A stretch of 64,000 bases of DNA from Octopus bimaculoides. Its lineage: Eukaryota. A program made the position numbers and the translations under genes. The stretch spans positions 9,213,715 to 9,277,714 of the forward strand of contig NC_068994.1 in NCBI RefSeq assembly GCF_001194135.2. The letters are read 5' to 3'. How positions within the stretch are numbered: position 1 is the first letter of the stretch; each line of letters begins with the position of its first letter. Below the pieces are notes generated by a model, which made no database searches, had not been told where the DNA came from, and saw nothing but the letters and a program-made list of their open reading frames with translations. Below are positions 13,098-26,082 of this stretch, piece by piece.

Positions 13098-14638
13098 TAA
13101 TAATAATAATAATTATTATTATTATTATTATTATAGAAATAATAATACCAATGTGCAACGTATACATATATGTATATGTATATGTATATATACATATATA
13201 TGTNNNNNNNNNNNNNNNNNNNNNNNNNNNNNNNNNNNNNNNNNNNNNNNNNNNNNNNNNNNNNNNNNNNNNNNNNNNNNNNNNNNNNNNNNNNNNNNNN
13301 NNNNNNNNNNNNNNNNNNNNNNNNNNNNNNNNNNNNNNNNNNNNNNNNNNNNNNNNNNNNNNNNNNNNNNNNNNNNNNNNNNNNNNNNNNNNNNNNNNNN
13401 NNNNNNNNNNNNNNNNNNNNNNNNNNNNNNNNNNNNNNNNNNNNNNNNNNNNNNNNNNNNNNNNNNNNNNNNNNNNNNNNNNNNNNNNNNNNNNNNNNNN
13501 NNNNNNNNNNNNNNNNNNNNNNNNNNNNNNNNNNNNNNNNNNNNNNNNNNNNNNNNNNNNNNNNNNNNNNNNNNNNNNNNNNNNNNNNNNNNNNNNNNNN
13601 NNNNNNNNNNNNNNNNNNNNNNNNNNNNNNNNNNNNNNNNNNNNNNNNNNNNNNNNNNNNNNNNNNNNNNNNNNNNNNNNNNNNNNNNNNNNNNNNNNNN
13701 NNNNNNNNNNNNNNNNNNNNNNNNNNNNNNNNNNNNNNNNNNNNNNNNNNNNNNNNNNNNNNNNNNNNNNNNNNNNNNNNNNNNNNNNNNNNNNNNNNNN
13801 NNNNTATATATATATATATATATATGTGTGTATATATGCATATGTATACATCTCTCTCTCTCTCTTTCTGTCTCTCAGTATATATTTATATATGTGTTTG
13901 CGTTTCTCCGTGTGTCTGTGTATGTGTTTGCGTGTATGTGTATGTGTGTGTGAGTAAACGTATGCATAAATACGTACAAATCTATAAGAAATGGCGCCAA
14001 ATATATATTTCCTAATTTATTTTCCTTGACTACTTACTGCAAACCACTCTAAAACGTGAGGTTATGCACTCAATTTGCAAGACGTATCATCGTAGCAGCT
14101 CTAATATACCGAATACAAAGCCGTTATTAATAGCTTTGTCTTATAAATATTACTTAATATTGCCGTATTTAAATACTGCCGTACCTATCTGCCTATCGAC
14201 TGATTTCTCCAATTATATATATATATATATNNNNNNNNNNNNNNNNNNNNNNNNNNNNNNNNNNNNNNNNNNNNNNNNNNNNNNNNNNNNNNNNNNNNNN
14301 NNNNNNNNNNNNNNNNNNNNNNNNNNNNNNNNNNNNNNNNNNNNNNNNNNNNNNNNNNNNNNNNNNNNNNNNNNNNNNNNNNNNNNNNNNNNNNNNNNNN
14401 NNNNNNNNNNNNNNNNNNNNNNNNNNNNNNNNNNNNNNNNNNNNNNNNNNNNNNNNNNNNNNNNNNNNNNNNNNNNNNNNNNNNNNNNNNNNNNNNNNNN
14501 NNNNNNNNNNNNNNNNNNNNNNNNNNNNNNNNNNNNNNNNNNNNNNNNNNNNNNNNNNNNNNNNNNNNNNNNNNNNNNNNNNNNNNNNNNNNNNNNNNNN
14601 NNNNNNNNNNNNNNNNNNNNNNNNNNNNNNNNNNNNNN

Positions 14639-14685
<47 letters not shown>

Positions 14686-16367
14686 GAACCCCCTCAGTGA
14701 CATACGCATAAGTATGTGTGTTTTGTTTTTGTGTATTTTGTTATATGTATTTATGTCTTGTATGCAGCAATTCTTTAGAAAATGTAGCATTTCTTTCCTT
14801 ATGGAAAACGGATTTTTGACGCATCTCCGTTATACTCCTTATGTATGCATTTATATTCTGTATAGAACTGGACAGCCGTATTATTTTCACTGAAGCCTTC
14901 TCATATTACTGTATTAGTGAAAAATTTTACTGTTGATGAGTAGGAAGCTGTCAATGCACTTTCCTAAATTCCAGACTCCTGTGGAGGGCTAATATTTCAT
15001 AAAACTATTTGTCCCCATCTTTCTACTCCTCAATCTATTTTGATTCCAATTTTAGAAAGAGAGGGAGTTAGGAAAATAAACACAAACAGAACACAGCCAG
15101 ATTATCTCGCGGAACAATGCGTTAGTGATTGTGTGTTTATCATTAAAATGAAGAATTTATACGAAATTCTTCTGATTGGACTTAATTATTATTTTTCTAT
15201 TACTACATATATGCCTAGCATTATATGTTTTCTTTCATCAATAATACCAAATGGATTATGAAGGAATGAATAGATGATGTTTATATCACCATGGAGGTGT
15301 ATAAAATGGAGAAATTATGCAAGATGGAGTCTTCCTTCTAGCCATTCAACGAGCAGTGCCTAGAACGGTATTAACTTATTTGTTGGGAGAAATTATCGGT
15401 TCAGTATTTTGAAAAGTTCAAAACTCGCAGGAACGAATTATTTGCAACATTAAACTAATTCAGACCGAGATTAACTGTTGAAGAGAATTTTAGAGATATA
15501 AATCTTCTGGATTTCACTTTGATTCCAAACACGGAATCTTTTGTGATAATTAGAAAATACAGCAGTTTCATCATTTTACACATAAACTGAAGGCAATGAA
15601 ATTGCCGAACGTCAGCTATGTAGTGATAAAATTCTGTCATAGAAAACGTGTAACATTCTTCGACGAAGATGAGACACAAAGAATGAAAATGTTATAGCAG
15701 GAAACGTAGCTAATAAAAAGGAAAAGAAAATGTTTATTGAAGCAATATTATAACTTTTCCGAAAATATGTATAAGATATTTCTTATATGATATCATTCCC
15801 CATAGAAAATTGCTGAAAAGCTCGAGGTAATAGAAAAATGCACGGTAAATGCTACCTGCAACCGTTTTAACAAATCCTGCATCGAGGTGAAATACATAAG
15901 CAAGTGAATTCTTTCTAGGAATATAAAGGCCAACAGGAAAATAATGCTCAGAAATTGCAAATATTTGTCAGTCAAATTACAAAAGAATATACACAATACC
16001 CCGTGAGCAGTGTTCTCTTTAGGACCTGGTATTTAATAGATCCATTAGCAAATATACTCTCTTCTCTTACAATTCGCCTAAACCTTGTTAGATTAAAAAA
16101 TTCAAAGGCAGTCTAACATTTATTTCCCCAAAGTTTCTAATAACCCAACCTAATCGTAGCATACCACACGCTACCAATACATTTATATTTATATATTCAT
16201 ATATATATATATATATATATATATANNNNNNNNNNNNNNNNNNNNNNNNNNNNNNNNNNNNNTATATATACATACATACATATATGTATATGTATATATA
16301 TATATGTCTGCGTGTGTGTGTGCGTACCTGTGTATGTATATATATATATATATATATATATACATTT

Positions 16368-16421
<54 letters not shown>

Positions 16422-16427
16422 ATAGTA
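16368..16427. repeat. (GTA)n microsatellite
   Basis: Direct tandem run. Confidence 0.95.
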
Positions 16428-17010
16428 GATATTTGTTATGTTCCAGTGACATTTGAAAGCAATGTGTAATGAATGCCTTCCATCACAAATTTTCAGGGAA
16501 TTCGTCTCTACTTCCGAAACCGATTTACTAATATGTATATCAGGAATGCCTTTCAGAGTTATAAATCATGTGAAGAATCCTTTCTGGTCCTTTTTCTCTG
16601 GTTGTTATAATATTCTTATTGTTATTTTTTTTGTTATTATTATTCACAGCCGTTCAGTGATATTATTTATATTCAGAATGTCGGCGCCGTGTTTCCGCTC
16701 AATAACTTGGACTGCAGTGCTTTTTTTTTTTTGTTTGTTTGTTTTGTTTTATAAAACTCAATGGGAGTTTCTGAGTGTTTGCAAATATATTGAAAACGAG
16801 GTATTTAATGGGAAAAGATTTTTTAAAAAATGATATAAAAATCGGGATCCATGAAAATTGCTTACATAACTTTGCAAGTACCTACAGATAAATACAACGG
16901 AAGATTCATTGCTGCACGAATGAATGTACGACACGTAATTGATCACTATCTCTTATTTGTATATATATGTATATATATATATATGTGTGTGTGTGTGAGT
17001 TTGAAGTGTT

Positions 17011-17120
17011 ACGTGTGTGGCAAGTCGTTTCCTTACCGACCACAGGCACTCTGGTTCAGTTCCACTGTGTGTCTTCTGTCATAGCTTCCAGCCGACTAAA
17101 GGCATGTGAGTGGATCTGAT
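17011..17120 (+). mobile_element. Degenerate SINE family A
   Basis: gtgtggcaagtcgtttccttaccgaccac...ggttcagttccactg...gccgactaaaggcatgtgagtggat aligns by eye to the 50321 copy. Confidence 0.65.
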
Positions 17121-18136
17121 ATGTATACACACACACAATATATATAAATAGTAGTTGACAGAGCGGGAAAAATTACGATACGTGACTAGCATTGAGATGG
17201 AAATTTGATTCTAGCGGTTAGTTACGAAGTTTGGTGTGCGTGTGTATGTGCAAGCATATTAGTGCATTCCTGTTAGGAGTGGGGCTATTGTAATGTGGTA
17301 TGTGTGTTTGTTTGACTCTCTATAGAATTGAATATGCGCAGTTTTATAATAGCGTAGATTTACGTGGTGAGGGGTTCATGTATGTGTTTGTGTGTGTGCT
17401 TGTGTGTGTATGTGTGTGTGTGTTTGTGTTTCTGTGTATACTCGGTAAGTGTATGTATGAAGAAAGTTTGGATGTGAGGAGTTTGGAGACTGATGCAAAA
17501 TGGATGACAGGAATGATTGCCGAGTGTGATAGATGGGGGCGCTTTTTGCACGAGAATAAGTACAAAGAAAAGAGAAAGCGCCCACTTCTGAAAGATAAGG
17601 AATCTAAAATAAGAAAGAAAAGCAAATAATATTTGAATTTTAAAAATCAATGGTAATAACTATTAAAAACAATAGGGAGAGAAGATTTATGAGTTCTGTT
17701 GACAGAAGTAAAGTCATTTATATCCTACAAAACAGCGGCGAAAAACTAATAAAGCTAAGCGAAAGCATATTTTAGAGTTGTTAGCGCGAAGAAAAGTTAT
17801 TGAAAAATTCCTGTACACTGTTAAAATTAATAGGTGTACATGCATCGAGGTAAACTCTCGTATTTCGTGAAAGAGGGCTTTGTAAATTTCTGAATGGTAA
17901 TTTAGTGTATTTTTGGCGCATTAGTTCACTTTCTCCGTCAAACTGATGTTCCCTGACAGGTACAACGTGTACCATAAATCGAGTGTCGAGGTGATCGCTG
18001 TGCAACACGAGATGAAGCGTTTTGCTCAAGAACTCAATGAACCACGCGGTCATGGAAGCAACACTGTGATCACCGCCATGCGCCCTCGTACTCACAGACA
18101 CAGATGTATATACACACAGATATATCCATAAACCTA

Positions 18137-18137
18137 T

Positions 18138-18169
<32 letters not shown>

Positions 18170-18170
18170 G

Positions 18171-18217
<47 letters not shown>

Positions 18218-18237
18218 GTAAATAGATTGATTGATTA
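18137..18237. repeat. (GATA)n microsatellite
   Basis: Direct tandem run. Confidence 0.95.
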
Positions 18238-18869
18238 AGACAGAGAGAGAGGAATGAGCGAGATAGAGTGAGGGAGAGAGGAGGGGAAGATATACTAGAA
18301 CCTTTCATGCCAGGTGGCATTTTGTTGTTGCTCACGAGATTTTCCTTTAAGAATATACGTGTATTATTACTATTTTACCGTTCTTCTCCATCTTATTGTT
18401 GTTCTTAAACGTGACTGTTGTACTGCTTTTCTTGAAGGAAAGTCATTATCTTTTTAAAGGGTCATCATATTTTTTTGTCTTTTTTAATTGGGTGTTTTTA
18501 TTTTTATTTTATGGAATTTTTTTGTTTGTTTTTGACAGCAGTGAGGTTCTTTCACTCGGGGCGTATCCCTAAACGGAAGACGAAGTTGCAGGTGAAAATA
18601 ATCTTAAACAAAAAAAGGAAATGATAATATTCCATTGCTAGAATTACTTTCAAGATGTTCACAGGAGGCCGTGAAATGATGCAAGAACCTAAACGAAAAT
18701 TATATTTTTCAGTTCCAATTGAAAAAAATCATCCGCAATTTTGTGGACAAAAAAATTAACGTCACCACTACTATGTCAGAGTAAAGAATAACAATAATAA
18801 TAATAATAATGATAACACTGATAATAATAACAGTTATGAATATGCTAAAACTAATAATAATAATAATCC

Positions 18870-18946
18870 TTTCTGAAATTTGTGGGATGGCGGTAAGTCG
18901 ATGATATCGACCTCAGTACTCAAGTAGTACATATTTTTTCGTCTCC

Positions 18947-18977
<31 letters not shown>

Positions 18978-19045
18978 ACGGTAAAGTCGAATTTCAAATC
19001 AAAACGTGAAGACGAACGAAATACCGCTAAGACATTTCGCACTGC
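18870..19045 (-). mobile_element. Degenerate SINE family B with internal poly-A run
   Basis: gtaaagtcga...aaacgtgaagacgaacgaaataccgctaagacatttcg matches the reverse complement of the family B head. Confidence 0.7.
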
Positions 19046-19098
19046 CCTCAAAATAATTATTATTATCATTATCATTATTATTATTATTAGAATTATTA

Positions 19099-19645
19099 TA
19101 AATGCCCTGATGCAGTATCAGGCAGCGGCTTTCATGGCCTCTGATCTAAACTGATTGGAAGTGTTATAATGTGCATTGTTTTGTCTTGGTATAAACGATG
19201 GGCTACAGCAAATATTCTGCTCAATACCACAGACTTGCTTGTCAGTTGTTTCGCCATAATCAGTTGAGCATGTTCCTTAATGGCTGACGATTTGTGCATC
19301 AGTGATCACGAGCAGAGGTGTAGTAGCCATGTTTTGAGAGGAATTCTTTTGGGTTTGAATAATTCGCCTCTGGAATTATTGGTGTTTTGTTGATCATTCT
19401 TAAACAACCCTTATTCAGGGACCCGTTGAGATGGATGGGCTTCCCAACCTGAACAAAATTATGACCGGTCCCCGCTTGCAGCGTCAGGCACTGCTTCTCT
19501 TGATATGAGATCACTATGTCGAGCACATATGGTCGTGATGCATTTGCCTGGTGCATCCCTATCAGACGGCTAGTCATGATGGGTATATAGGCTTCGTATA
19601 TTTGTACCGCACTGTCACTTTGATGCCAGCACTGATCTGCCACTC

Positions 19646-19647
<2 letters not shown>
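19099..19647 (+). mobile_element. ~550-bp unclassified dispersed repeat with (AAT)n tail, apparently full length
   Basis: Begins aatgccctgatgcagtatcaggcag and ends ctgccactc(aat)n; homologous to 20626-21095 (+) and 23105-23387 (-). Confidence 0.8.
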
Positions 19648-19735
<88 letters not shown>

Positions 19736-19852
19736 AAGAAGAAGAAGAAGAAGAAGAAGAAGAAGAAGAAGAAGAAGGAGAAGAAGAAGAAGAAGAAGAA
19801 GAAGAAGAAGAAGAAGAATGGGAAGAAGAAGAAGGAGGAGGAGGAGGAGGAG
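19646..19852. repeat. (AAT)n-(GAA)n-(GGA)n compound microsatellite
   Basis: Direct tandem runs; source of the poly-I/R/L/S ORFs. Confidence 0.95.
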
Positions 19853-20409
19853 AAAGCTCCACACTGAAGAACAACATTGACGTGCTACACGGGGCTCCCC
19901 ATACAGAAACAAATCCAATCTAATAACGTCGGTGGAATTGGGAAAAGGTATCTGTGGCAGGCTTGAAGGAAGCAGGTTTTTAACGAGAATAGTCACAGAA
20001 AACGAAATCTTACTGCCATCCAGTTTACAGTTGCTTCCATGATCGATGTCTTAGTGAAACGTGCGAAAAACACGTGCGAATTCAACATCGTAAAATTTAC
20101 AAACTACAAAATATAACTGGGACAAAACAGTAAGTACGTAAATCGATTAATTACGCATACACTCGATTGTCATGTATACATATTAATACCCATTACACTG
20201 CACATACAATCCAGTATTTACACAACTACTTGAAATTTATCCGGTATATATATTTGTTATACACACATATGAAAGCACGTATCACAAATGAAGAAAGACA
20301 ATAACAAAACGAGTTTCTACGAACTAACACACACTTAGTGAACAATTCATAAGTTTAACACACCACAAAGAAGCTATGGCGGGACATAAATCTGTTAACA
20401 AAAAATGAT

Positions 20410-20568
20410 TTTCGATTTTGTCGATCCCAGTGTTTCACTGGTATTTGATTTGTCGACGCCGAAATTATGAAAGGCACAATCGACCTCGGCGGAATTTGAA
20501 CTACGGAATTTGAAATACGGCTAAGAATTTCGTCCAGCGTGCTAGCGATTGTATCAGCTCACTGCCTT
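20410..20568 (-). mobile_element. SINE family B
   Basis: tgaaaggcacaatcgacctcggcggaatttgaac...ctaagaatttcgtccagcgtgctagcgatt..cagctcactgcc. Confidence 0.85.
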
Positions 20569-20625
20569 ATTAATACTAAATATAATGATGATAATAATTA
20601 GAAGAAGAAGAAGAAGAAGAAGTGA

Positions 20626-21095
20626 ATAGGAAGTGTTATGATAAAAGATGGGCTACGGCAAATATCCTGCTCAATAACAAAGATTTAGTTGCTCCTCAGT
20701 TGTTTTACACCTGACCTGTTGAGCATATTCGTGAATGACAGACGACATGTGCATCTGTGATCACGCGCAGGAGCAGTGGGAAAGCATGATAACCATGTGT
20801 TGAGAGGAAATTTTTGACGTTTCAATAATTCATATGTAGAAACATGGGTAATGCATTCATCATGATCTTAAAACTTATTCTCTGACATTTTGACCGGAAT
20901 GGGTTACTCGGCCTGAAGAATATCCCGTCGGTACCCTAACTGCAAGGACATGCGCCGGTTAACTTAATATGAGATTAACATGTCGCGCACATAGTGTACC
21001 CTTATCAGAGGGGTAGTCCTAATGGGTACATTAGGCTTTGTACATTTTACCCCAGTAACTTTGTTTGCATGCGCTGCTCTCATCTCCAATAATAT
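20626..21095 (+). mobile_element. Second, partly deleted copy of the ~550-bp repeat
   Basis: ggaagtgttat..aaagatgggctacggcaaatatcctgctcaata...ctgctctcatctccaataat is collinear with 19099-19647. Confidence 0.8.
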
Positions 21096-21208
21096 GTAAT
21101 TTTAATAATACTTCAGAATAAATAATATTTCAGAATGAATGGCATCATAATTCCCATGTGTATGTATATTATGTAACTACGTCAACATATAAACACAAAC
21201 ATATATGA

Positions 21209-21270
<62 letters not shown>

Positions 21271-21557
21271 AATATATATACATATATTTATTTATTTATT
21301 CATACATGTATATATTATATATATATTTACATATATAGACGCACACACACCCATATGCATATGTAGATAGATATGTACATATAGAATCTATCGATTTCTA
21401 CATGACCACGTATGGTGTCGCGTCTATTGCATAAGAAGGAGACATGTTCTCATGAAAAAAACTGTTAATAAGTGCAATATACTTCCACAGATTAGAGTTA
21501 TTTAATAATGGCATGACAGTAACTATGCTCTGAGATATGTCTGTGTCTGCTGCGTAG

Positions 21558-21911
21558 GAGATCAAAGCGAATCACCAAGATATCTTAATCAATGACAGAC
21601 TCCGTCTAACGCTTATGTACTTTGATAGAGACATCGATCTATTACCAATGAAATATCACCCGGAAGGAATTCGCAATTCTATGAATGATCTTACGTTTCT
21701 AAATAAAATTCACGGACATGATGTGCGTGTAAGGAAAAATTGCTCTTATATAAATTGGTATCCTGTATACTTTGAGAAAGTACAAAAAAAAATAATAACC
21801 ACCAAGAATAACACCACAAAACTAAATACGAGTCATCAATGTAGACGTCGCTCAATGGAAGACTCGCCAAAAACACCAGGGAGTCCGTGCAAATTCTCTA
21901 TTCAAGAATAA
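21558..21911 (+). CDS. Candidate coding exon of an unidentified protein
   Basis: Acceptor tctgctgcgtag|GAG (AG at 21556-57), then 117 open codons EIKANHQDILINDRLRLTLMYFDRDIDLLPMKYHPEGIRNSMNDLTFLNKIHGHDVR...SMEDSPKTPGSPCKFSIQE*. An internal phase-0 donor CGT|gtaagg after 21728 gives an alternative 171-nt exon. The composition is not low-complexity. Confidence 0.4.
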   Translation, partial: EIKANHQDILINDRLRLTLMYFDRDIDLLPMKYHPEGIRNSMNDLTFLNKIHGHDVRVRKNCSYINWYPVYFEKVQKKIITTKNNTTKLNTSHQCRRRSMEDSPKTPGSPCKFSIQE

Positions 21912-22005
21912 AACTCACATATTCTGCACAATAGTATTCTATTAATAATATTTATACGACAGTAATATTAGATATGTATACTGAAATATTATCATTATTA
22001 TTATC

Positions 22006-22067
<62 letters not shown>

Positions 22068-22082
22068 TATTATTATTATTTT

Positions 22083-22212
22083 AAGGTGGTGGGCTGAAAG
22101 AATAGTGAGCGCGCTGGACGAAATATTTAGCGCTATTTTCCCCGTCTCTACATTCTCAGTTTAAATTACACAGAGGTCAATTTTGCCTTTCATCATTTCA
22201 GGCTTGATAATT
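22083..22212 (+). mobile_element. Degenerate SINE family B (5' part)
   Basis: aaggtggtgggctgaaagaatagtgagcgcgctggacgaaatatttagcg...gaggtcaattttgcctttcatc. Confidence 0.8.
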
Positions 22213-22220
22213 TAATTCTT

Positions 22221-22441
22221 CTCATTGCCCACAGGGGGCTAAACATAGAGGGGACAAACAAGGACAGACAAAGGGATTAAGCCGATAACATCGACCCCAG
22301 TGCGTAACTGGTATTTATTTAATCGACCTCGAAAGGACGAAATTCAAAGTCGACCACGGCGGAGTTTGAACTCTGAACGTAACGGCAGACGAAATACTGC
22401 TAAGCATTTCGCCCGGCGTGGTAACTATTCTGCCAGCTCAC
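22221..22441 (-). mobile_element. SINE family B, near full length, tail type 1
   Basis: Reverse complement is closely similar to 51090-51315, including the gtcccctct...gtgggcaat tail. Confidence 0.9.
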
Positions 22442-23104
22442 AGTCAGGGTCGATATATTAAACACCAAGTGAAACACTAGTTCCCGCCCCACACAAATTT
22501 CAGGTCTTGTGCCTTTAGTAGAAAATATTCTTCTTCTTCTTCTTCTTCCTCCTCCTCCTCCTCCTCCTNNNNNNNNNNNNNNNNNNNNNNNNNNNNNNNN
22601 NNNNNNNNNNNNNNNNNNNNNNNNNNNNNNNNNNNNNNNNNNNNNNNNNNNNNNNNNNNNTTCTTCATATGTATGCGATATGTCGCACTCCTATCATGAT
22701 AACCACCGCATGTCCTTGCAGATGGAACACAGATAGATATTTCTTCTTGTGCTGTAGCTCATCACGCTCATAGCTTTAATTATCATCCTTATTATTTTCT
22801 GTTGGATTTTGCTTCGTGTTTATGCACATTCACTGAAAATTTCATCCAGATACTCCAAGAAACAACGGTATTATGACGTGAGTTATTGATTTCTCACATG
22901 TTCTTCTTTGTCATTTTCTTTTGTCATGAAAATTAAGAAATTCGGTGATAAGAAAAGTTACCGATTTTCACATGAGAGTGAAGGACATATGCTATTACGT
23001 ATTTTTAATAGTATTTTTGCTATGTTTACGGAAAAATTTTTTTCGTAAAATATTAGCAGGTCTCATTAACACAGTTTTTGAATTTCCTCCAAAATTATTC
23101 ATCT

Positions 23105-23387
23105 CAGGATGGTGAAAAAAACAACCATGTTTCCAGAGATGAATTGTTCAAATTCCAAAGGAATCCTCGCCCACTACTTTTGCTCTGGATCAGGCATGTA
23201 CATATCGTGAGACACTATGGGACATGCTCAACTGGTTAAGGTCAAGCATCCAACAAGCAACTCTGTGTTACTGAGCAGAATATTTGCTGTAGCCCATCTT
23301 TTATGCCAAGATAAAACATGAACATTACAACACTTCCAATCACTCAAGAATAGAATCCTGTCGTCTGGTGCTGTATCAGAGCATTAA
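23105..23387 (-). mobile_element. Third, partial copy of the ~550-bp repeat
   Basis: gggacatgctcaactggttaaggtc...gagcagaatatttgctgtagcccatctttta...ctgtatcagagcatt is the reverse complement of the first half of 19099-19647. Confidence 0.85.
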
Positions 23388-24009
23388 GTGGCAATGATTG
23401 TTATTCAAATAAGAACAATCAAAATTTCTTCAGTTGCCAAAACAATAAAATCAAGGCAAGGAAGTTTAATATCTACCACATCAACACATCGACAGAATCC
23501 ATGTTAAAATGGTCCATGAATAAAAGTGGTTAAAATAATAAAATAATATGCTATCTATAAACATCGTTTCATTATATATGTTCCTTTAATAAACAACTAT
23601 ATATTTAAACATACGCCCAAACAGAAAGACACACACATGTGTATATACATGTATATACATGTGCCTCTGTGTGTGTGTGCGTGTGTGTGTGTAAGAATCA
23701 GAAGGAAATACCGACTAACAGAATAAAGTAAATACACACCTGTGACTCTCAAATATTTTAAACTTTTAAGTCATTGATTGTTTATGTTAATGCAACAAAA
23801 TTTTTATCTGGAAATAGCAAAATAATGCAAAAAAGTATCGTTACTGAAATAGTTTTCAAATGCAAGAGATATTACTGTATAACGAATTTACATAAATAAC
23901 CATGTTATTTTCGTAATTTCTTAACAATTTGAAGAATTATAGGCTTAATATTTAATAATGATCAGTTAGATTCATGCGAATTTAATTTTTTATAGTTATA
24001 TACGAACAG

Positions 24010-24135
24010 GCATGGCAATGTAGCAGTTTCACTCACAAGCACATGATTTAGTGTTTAGTCGCACGGCGTTGTACTTTAGCTACCAATATTTATCTATAGC
24101 CCAAGGTCGGACAAATCCTTGTGAGTGGAAAGTAA
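24010..24135 (+). mobile_element. Degenerate SINE family A-like
   Basis: tatagcccaaggtcggacaaatccttgtgagtggaa resembles tatagcctcgggccgaccaaagccttgtgagtgga. Confidence 0.55.
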
Positions 24136-25419
24136 AAGAATTTCACCATCTCTCTATCTATCAATCCATCTATCTATCTCTTTATCTATTGCTGCTTTCT
24201 TCCAAGGAATCTAATGCTCTTAGATTAGTTTTTCTTTGGGGCTGGCCAGATTGGAAAAATCTCGAGTATAACCAATCAGAATTGTAAAGATAATACAAAA
24301 TGAGAAGGGAACGCAAAGCATACACCGAAACAGGAGCAAGCCTGATCTTTCTTTCTTGGTCGGCCGTTGTGTGTTGTGCTGAACTCTAATACTATCTTTA
24401 TTCAAGCTCCGTAGAATATTTCTATTCATCACAATGTGAAATATTGTTCGTCATTTCAGATAAATATCTTCTGATTTCTAAAGAAAGATCAACCACGAAT
24501 TTACATCACCCAAATTCATAAACCAATGTTGCAGTTTAGTGATTTCAAAATATATAGTTTTAATAAATTCATACATCACTTCTAGTTACTACCCTCCGTT
24601 TTACCTCTCATCTTTTCTCATAATACTTCATTACGCTTCAGTCACTTAATAGCTCTCACAGATGAATAAATTTCATATTTTATACAATATTTATTTTTCT
24701 TACCAAGTAGGTGATTATTATAATTCCACTCCTAATATAAAACTTAATTATTTGTAGATTGGATAGCTTTTAATGCGAGCCTATTAACAAACATACCAGT
24801 TAAATGGTGCTTAAATATTATTTAATTATAGGATTTATTTTTGTCTATTATATTCACATAAATAATAGCATAATTGACACACCAGACTGTCTACTCAAAC
24901 TGAAATTGTAATGCCTAATTTTCACCGCCTACAAATAAATTCATTTTCTAATCTGTATCATTTAGTACCCCACTCTTAAGTGAAAAAGAAAGCACATCAG
25001 CAAGGACTGTAAGTATAACATTTCATATATATAATAACCTCAAAGCAAAAATGATAACTGGACATATTGACATATTTCGGAGCATGAAACGTGGCATTGT
25101 TTTCTGTGGAGAAAGCAGTCGTACGGATGCATTCAACCAATGTTAATCATATGTACATAAATGTGTGCATGACAGAATGTTCCTTCTGATCATTATTATA
25201 AAACTATAAATCCTACCTTAATATCAGTGAAATTGAAAGAAAGCCCCACGGATTACAATAAGAGTAGAATGCCGGAGAAGAGCAAAATTTACCTCAAAAT
25301 TTAAGAAGATGCAGGATATGCCTTGCTGAGAAAAGAATTATATTAAAATAATCTCTCTTACACTAAAGAACAAAGTTAACTATTAGAGGGACATTTTTCG
25401 CTCCTACCAACATGATAGT

Positions 25420-25706
25420 GGAGGCGCAATGACCCAGTGGTTAGAGCAACGGACTCGCGGTCGTAGGATCGCAATTTCGTTTCCCAGGCCGGGCGTTGTG
25501 TGTTTTTTGAGCAAAAACACCTAAAGCTCCACAAGGCTCCGGGAGGGTGGTGGTGGTGGTGACCCCTGTTGTACTCTTTCGCCGCAGCTTTCTTCCTGTT
25601 TCTTGAGTAACGCTGCGATGGACTGGCGTCCCGTCCAGCTGGAGGGGAGGGGTATGATCCATAGAAACCGGGAAACCGAGCCCATGAGCCTGGCTAGGTT
25701 TTAAAA
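25420..25706 (+). mobile_element. tRNA-derived SINE, family D, full length
   Basis: tRNA-like head ggaggcgcaatgacccagtggttagagc...tttcgtttccc (A/B boxes), a body, and a tail ctgcgatggactggcgtcccgtccag...gaaaccgggaaacc. Confidence 0.85.
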
Positions 25707-26037
25707 TATATATATATATATATANNNNNNNNNNNNNNNNNNNNNNNNNNNNNNNNNNNNNNNNNNNNNNNNNNNNNNNNNNNNNNNNNNNNNNNNNNNN
25801 NNNNNNNNNNNNNNNNNNNNNNNNNNNNNNNNNNNNNNNNNNNNNNNNNNNNNNNNNNNNNNNNNNNNNNNNNNNNNNNNNNNNNNNNNNNNNNNNNNNN
25901 NNNNNNNNNNNNNNNNNNNNNNNNNNNNNNNNNNNNNNNNNNNNNNNNNNNNNNNNNNNNNNNNNNNNNNNNNNNNNNNNNNNNNNNNNNNNNNNNNNNN
26001 NNNNNNNNNNNNNNNNNNNNNNNNNNNNNNNNNNNNN

Positions 26038-26082
<45 letters not shown>

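Noticed and set aside
15455-16273. Minus-strand GPCR-like readings (LERIHLLMYF, FLLATFPAIT, VRLPLNFLI)
   Set aside because: Spacing is inconsistent, stops and frameshifts separate the motifs, and the plus strand is K/E/Q/N-rich with good splice signals, so the hydrophobicity is probably an antisense artefact.
25420-25495. tRNA-like sequences (also 31430-31500, 40409, 51090, 60990)
   Set aside because: These are SINE heads with A/B boxes. They continue into repeat bodies and lack an intact cloverleaf and acceptor stem.
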